This document shows positions 61,248 through 64,000 of a stretch of 64,000 bases of DNA, piece by piece. A program made the position numbers and the translations under genes. The notes under the pieces were generated by a model. It did not search any database. It had not been told where the DNA came from and worked only from the letters and a program-made list of their open reading frames with translations. How positions within the stretch are numbered: position 1 is the stretch's first letter; each line of letters opens with the position of its first letter. The stretch is from Halorarum halobium (GTDB taxonomy: Archaea; Halobacteriota; Halobacteria; Halobacteriales; Haloferacaceae): assembly GCF_032116555.1 (NCBI RefSeq), contig NZ_CP134949.1, positions 2,108,001 through 2,172,000 on the forward strand, in the 5' to 3' direction.

Positions 61248-62312
61248 ATGGTGACCGACCCGGCCGACGGCACCGACGCGGGCGAGGAAACCGACTCGGC
61301 TACCGCCGGCGATAGCGTCGGTCCGAGCGCGACCGCCGACGGAACCGGAACGGGTAGCGCTGTCGCCGACGGGGACCACGTCACGTCGCTCGGCGTCTTT
61401 CTCCGCGGGCTCTGCATGGGGACGGCAGACGCCGTGCCGGGCGTCTCGGGCGGCACCATCGCGCTCATCACGGGAATTTACGATCGGCTGATCGCGGCGG
61501 TGACGTCGCTGGACGTCGATCTCGCCCGGCGGGCGCTGGGCGGACTTGCGGGCGACCGCGAGGAGATACGGGACGCCTGGCGCGACGCGGATCTGACGTT
61601 CCTGCTGGTGCTGGGCGTCGGCATCTTCGCCGCGGTGCTCACGGTGACGCGGGTGCTCCACGTCGCCATCGAGACCAGACCGGCCCCGACGTTCGGCTTC
61701 TTCTTCGGGCTCATCGCGGCCTCGGCGCTCGTCCTCCGGGGGGAGCTCCACCTCGACTCCCGCCGGCGAATCGTGGCGGGGCTCGGCGGCGTCGTTCTCG
61801 CGTTCGTCGTCTCCGGCGAGGCGTCCGCGGTGTTGCCGGGCACCCCCCTGACGACCGCGTTCGCGGGTGCCTTCGCCGTGAGCGCGATGATCCTGCCCGG
61901 GATATCGGGCTCGCTGGTGCTCGTCATCCTCGGCCAGTACGAGCGGATGTCGGGCGCGCTCTCGGCGTTCCAGGACGCGCTCGTCGGCGTCGCCGGCGGC
62001 GCGGACCCCGCATCGGTCGTCGGCCCGGGCGTGACGGTCGTCTCGTTCATCGCGGGCGGCGTCGTCGGGCTGTTGACGGTCGCCCACCTGGTCCGGCGCG
62101 CGCTGACCAGGGACCGCGAGACGACGATGACGTTCCTCGTCGGGCTCATCGTCGGGGCGCTGCGCGCGCCGGTCGTGAGCACCGGGCAGCGGCTCGCGGA
62201 ACTCGGACGCGGCTGGACGCCGGAGGCGCTCGCGCTGTTCGGCGTGGCGGCGCTGGTCGGCGGGTTCGCCGTGCTTGCGCTCGACCGCGCTGCCGGCGGC
62301 ATCGAGCTGTAA
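61248..62312 (+). CDS. DUF368 family polyprenyl-phosphate translocase
   Basis: MGTADAVPGVSGGTIALITGIYDRLI, FFFGLI, AMILPGISGS, FLVGLIVG. Confidence 0.9.
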   Translation: MVTDPADGTDAGEETDSATAGDSVGPSATADGTGTGSAVADGDHVTSLGVFLRGLCMGTADAVPGVSGGTIALITGIYDRLIAAVTSLDVDLARRALGGLAGDREEIRDAWRDADLTFLLVLGVGIFAAVLTVTRVLHVAIETRPAPTFGFFFGLIAASALVLRGELHLDSRRRIVAGLGGVVLAFVVSGEASAVLPGTPLTTAFAGAFAVSAMILPGISGSLVLVILGQYERMSGALSAFQDALVGVAGGADPASVVGPGVTVVSFIAGGVVGLLTVAHLVRRALTRDRETTMTFLVGLIVGALRAPVVSTGQRLAELGRGWTPEALALFGVAALVGGFAVLALDRAAGGIEL

Positions 62313-62416
62313 GACCCGAGATGGCACCGTTCACCATCGAGGTGTGAGACCCGAGACGCCGCGATGGGCAGGCGGCGATCGGCGGGGCTTTCCCGGCCAC
62401 CGCCGTTGGTCAGGTC

Positions 62417-62836
62417 GTGACGCTGGAAGAGGTCGTCCGGGCGCGGGGTCACGAGCACGTGCGCGCCGAGCACGCGAGCACGTTCGAACTGACGACCGAC
62501 GGCTGGCTCACGCCGGCTGGCGACTGCATCCTCGCGGTCGAGGCCGATAGCACGCCGGCGGAGTTCGACGACGAGTTCGTGGCCGCCTGCCGCGACGCGG
62601 AGGCGACGATCACGGCGACGTTCGAGGCGGCAGGCGTCGAGGACGTGGTGACCGGGCGCGGCCACCCTGAGCTGACGTTCACGGGCGACCGGAGCCTGGT
62701 CGGCCGGACGAGCGAGTACGTCGACGGGCGGACCGTGATGGTCGATGCGGACGGGGCGGCCGCGGACCTCGACCGGAAGCTGGTGACCGCGCTCTCGCGG
62801 GGCGCGCCGCTGACGGCCACGTTCCGGGTGGAGTGA
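62417..62836 (+). CDS. DUF371 family protein
   Basis: ARGHEHVRAEHASTFELT...LTPAGDCI...SLVGRTSEYVDGRT...AAADLDR. Confidence 0.88.
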   Translation: MTLEEVVRARGHEHVRAEHASTFELTTDGWLTPAGDCILAVEADSTPAEFDDEFVAACRDAEATITATFEAAGVEDVVTGRGHPELTFTGDRSLVGRTSEYVDGRTVMVDADGAAADLDRKLVTALSRGAPLTATFRVE

Positions 62837-62910
62837 ACCGCCACGACGCTTGACGACCCAATCGTGGTGCGGTGGCGGCGTGACGCGAGCCCCCTCGTGG
62901 GGCTCGCTCT

Positions 62911-62981
62911 CGCGCGCGAGGGATGAGCACCGGAGCGAGCCTGCGAGCGAGGAGCGCAATCGGTTGGGGAGGCTCGTGGGC
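62911..62981 (-). repeat. Modular intergenic repeat, partial copy F
   Basis: CGCGCGAGGGATGAG...GCGAGC...AATCGG(T/C)TG matches copy D; preceded by hairpin GCGAGCCCC-CTCGT-GGGGCTCGC. Confidence 0.7.
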
Positions 62982-63145
62982 TATACTCACCGCCAGCAGC
63001 AGCGGATACGTCCTATTCGGCCAGTCGGCCGAAGCATCGTGGTCAGTCATTCGTGACATCCGAATCGGTCGTCCGTACAGCGACGCGATCGACAGACACC
63101 CCCCGACCCCGACGGTTCTTGTAGCAAGCCGACCGAAGCGAACCC

Positions 63146-63973
63146 ATGAGCGACGACGAGCCGGACGTGAACATCAGCGGCGGCGCGGACGGCGGCGGCT
63201 CGGTCGCCGAGTTCGCGACCGACGAGGCCGACACACGCGCGGAGGCGGTCGTCGACGAGCTCGGCGAGCTGTACTGGCGGAAGGCGTACGGCGGCCAGGA
63301 CGCGTTCGAGTGTCTCGTCCGGACGATCCTCTCACAGAACACGAGCGACGTCGCCAGCCAGCCCGCACACGACGAGCTGATGGCGCGGTTCGGGCCGGGC
63401 GGCACCGCACCGGACGCCGGACCGGACCTGGCCGCGACGCTCGCGGACGCCGCGCAGGACGAGGTGGCCGAGACCATCTCGTCGGCGGGACTGTACAACC
63501 GGAAGTCCGAGACGATCGTCCGCCTCGCCGGGCGAGTCCGCGAGGAGTACGGCGGCGCGGCCGGGTTCGACGAGTTCGTCACACGGAAGGAGCCGGCGGC
63601 CGTCCGGGACGCGCTGCTCGAGATGAACGGCGTCGGGCCGAAGACCGCCGACTGCGTGCTGCTGTTCGCCGGCGGCCGCAGCGGGGTGTTCCCCGTCGAT
63701 ACGCACGTCCACCGGATCGCGCGCCGGCTGGGAATCGCACCCCCGGACGCCGATCACGAGACGGTGCGCGAGTGGATCGAGGCAGCCGTCCCCCCGGAAA
63801 AGTGCGGCTTCGGTCACACCGCGATGATCCAGTTCGGACGGGAGTACTGCACCGCTCGCGAGCCGAAGTGTCTCGACGGTCCGGAGGCCTGCCCGCTGTA
63901 CGACCTGTGTGACCGCGTCGGCGTCGACGAACTCGCCGGGGAGTTCGTGGACCCCGCCGAAACCGTCGAGTGA
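63146..63973 (+). CDS. Endonuclease III-like HhH-GPD DNA glycosylase
   Basis: LVRTILSQNTSD, AGLYNRK, GVGPKTADCVL, FPVDTHVHRI, FGREYCTAREPKC...CPLYDLC Fe-S motif. Confidence 0.9.
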   Translation: MSDDEPDVNISGGADGGGSVAEFATDEADTRAEAVVDELGELYWRKAYGGQDAFECLVRTILSQNTSDVASQPAHDELMARFGPGGTAPDAGPDLAATLADAAQDEVAETISSAGLYNRKSETIVRLAGRVREEYGGAAGFDEFVTRKEPAAVRDALLEMNGVGPKTADCVLLFAGGRSGVFPVDTHVHRIARRLGIAPPDADHETVREWIEAAVPPEKCGFGHTAMIQFGREYCTAREPKCLDGPEACPLYDLCDRVGVDELAGEFVDPAETVE

Positions 63974-64000
63974 GGGTCAGTCGACCGAACAGTTCGCCTC

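Noticed and set aside
63845..63912. Non-canonical Cys spacing (CX6CX6CX5C) in the endonuclease III-like protein
   Set aside because: A short loop insertion with all four Cys retained; unlikely to change function.

Overview
High-GC chromosomal window from a haloarchaeon (class Halobacteria), judged from the acidic proteins, mostly leaderless genes and archaeal markers (aglB, eIF2-alpha, Nop10, eL42, eS27). Bases 1-37 kb are core genome: a SPOUT methyltransferase (partial), tRNA-Gly(GCC), mch, GTPBP1, pyrF, gltB, proS, rpl44e-rps27e-eif2a-nop10, and a branched-chain amino acid cluster (leuA-family gene, then ilvB-ilvN-ilvC-orf-leuC-leuD-leuB). Bases 37-62 kb are an N-glycosylation locus bounded by aglJ and aglB. 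It has an AT-richer core carrying a flippase, an FkbM methyltransferase, NeuB, a GT2-NeuA fusion, an SpsF-like cytidylyltransferase, a putative nonulosonate transferase and an O-acyltransferase. Three sulfatase-fold proteins lie in the locus. The strongest unexplained signals are two apparent translation-level sensors on the BCAA genes, neither listed as such in the ORF track. (1) A leaderless Val/Ile-rich 24-codon leader ORF upstream of ilvB has its stop codon in the loop of a perfect hairpin. (2) The leuA-family gene has no in-frame ATG/GTG/TTG between its TATA box and its catalytic motif, while an out-of-frame 24-codon ORF starts at the predicted transcription start and overlaps it across GTT-CTT-CCA (candidate +1 frameshift or reinitiation). 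A modular, hairpin-rich intergenic repeat family occurs about six times. All calls come from reading the sequence and recognising motifs; no searches were run.
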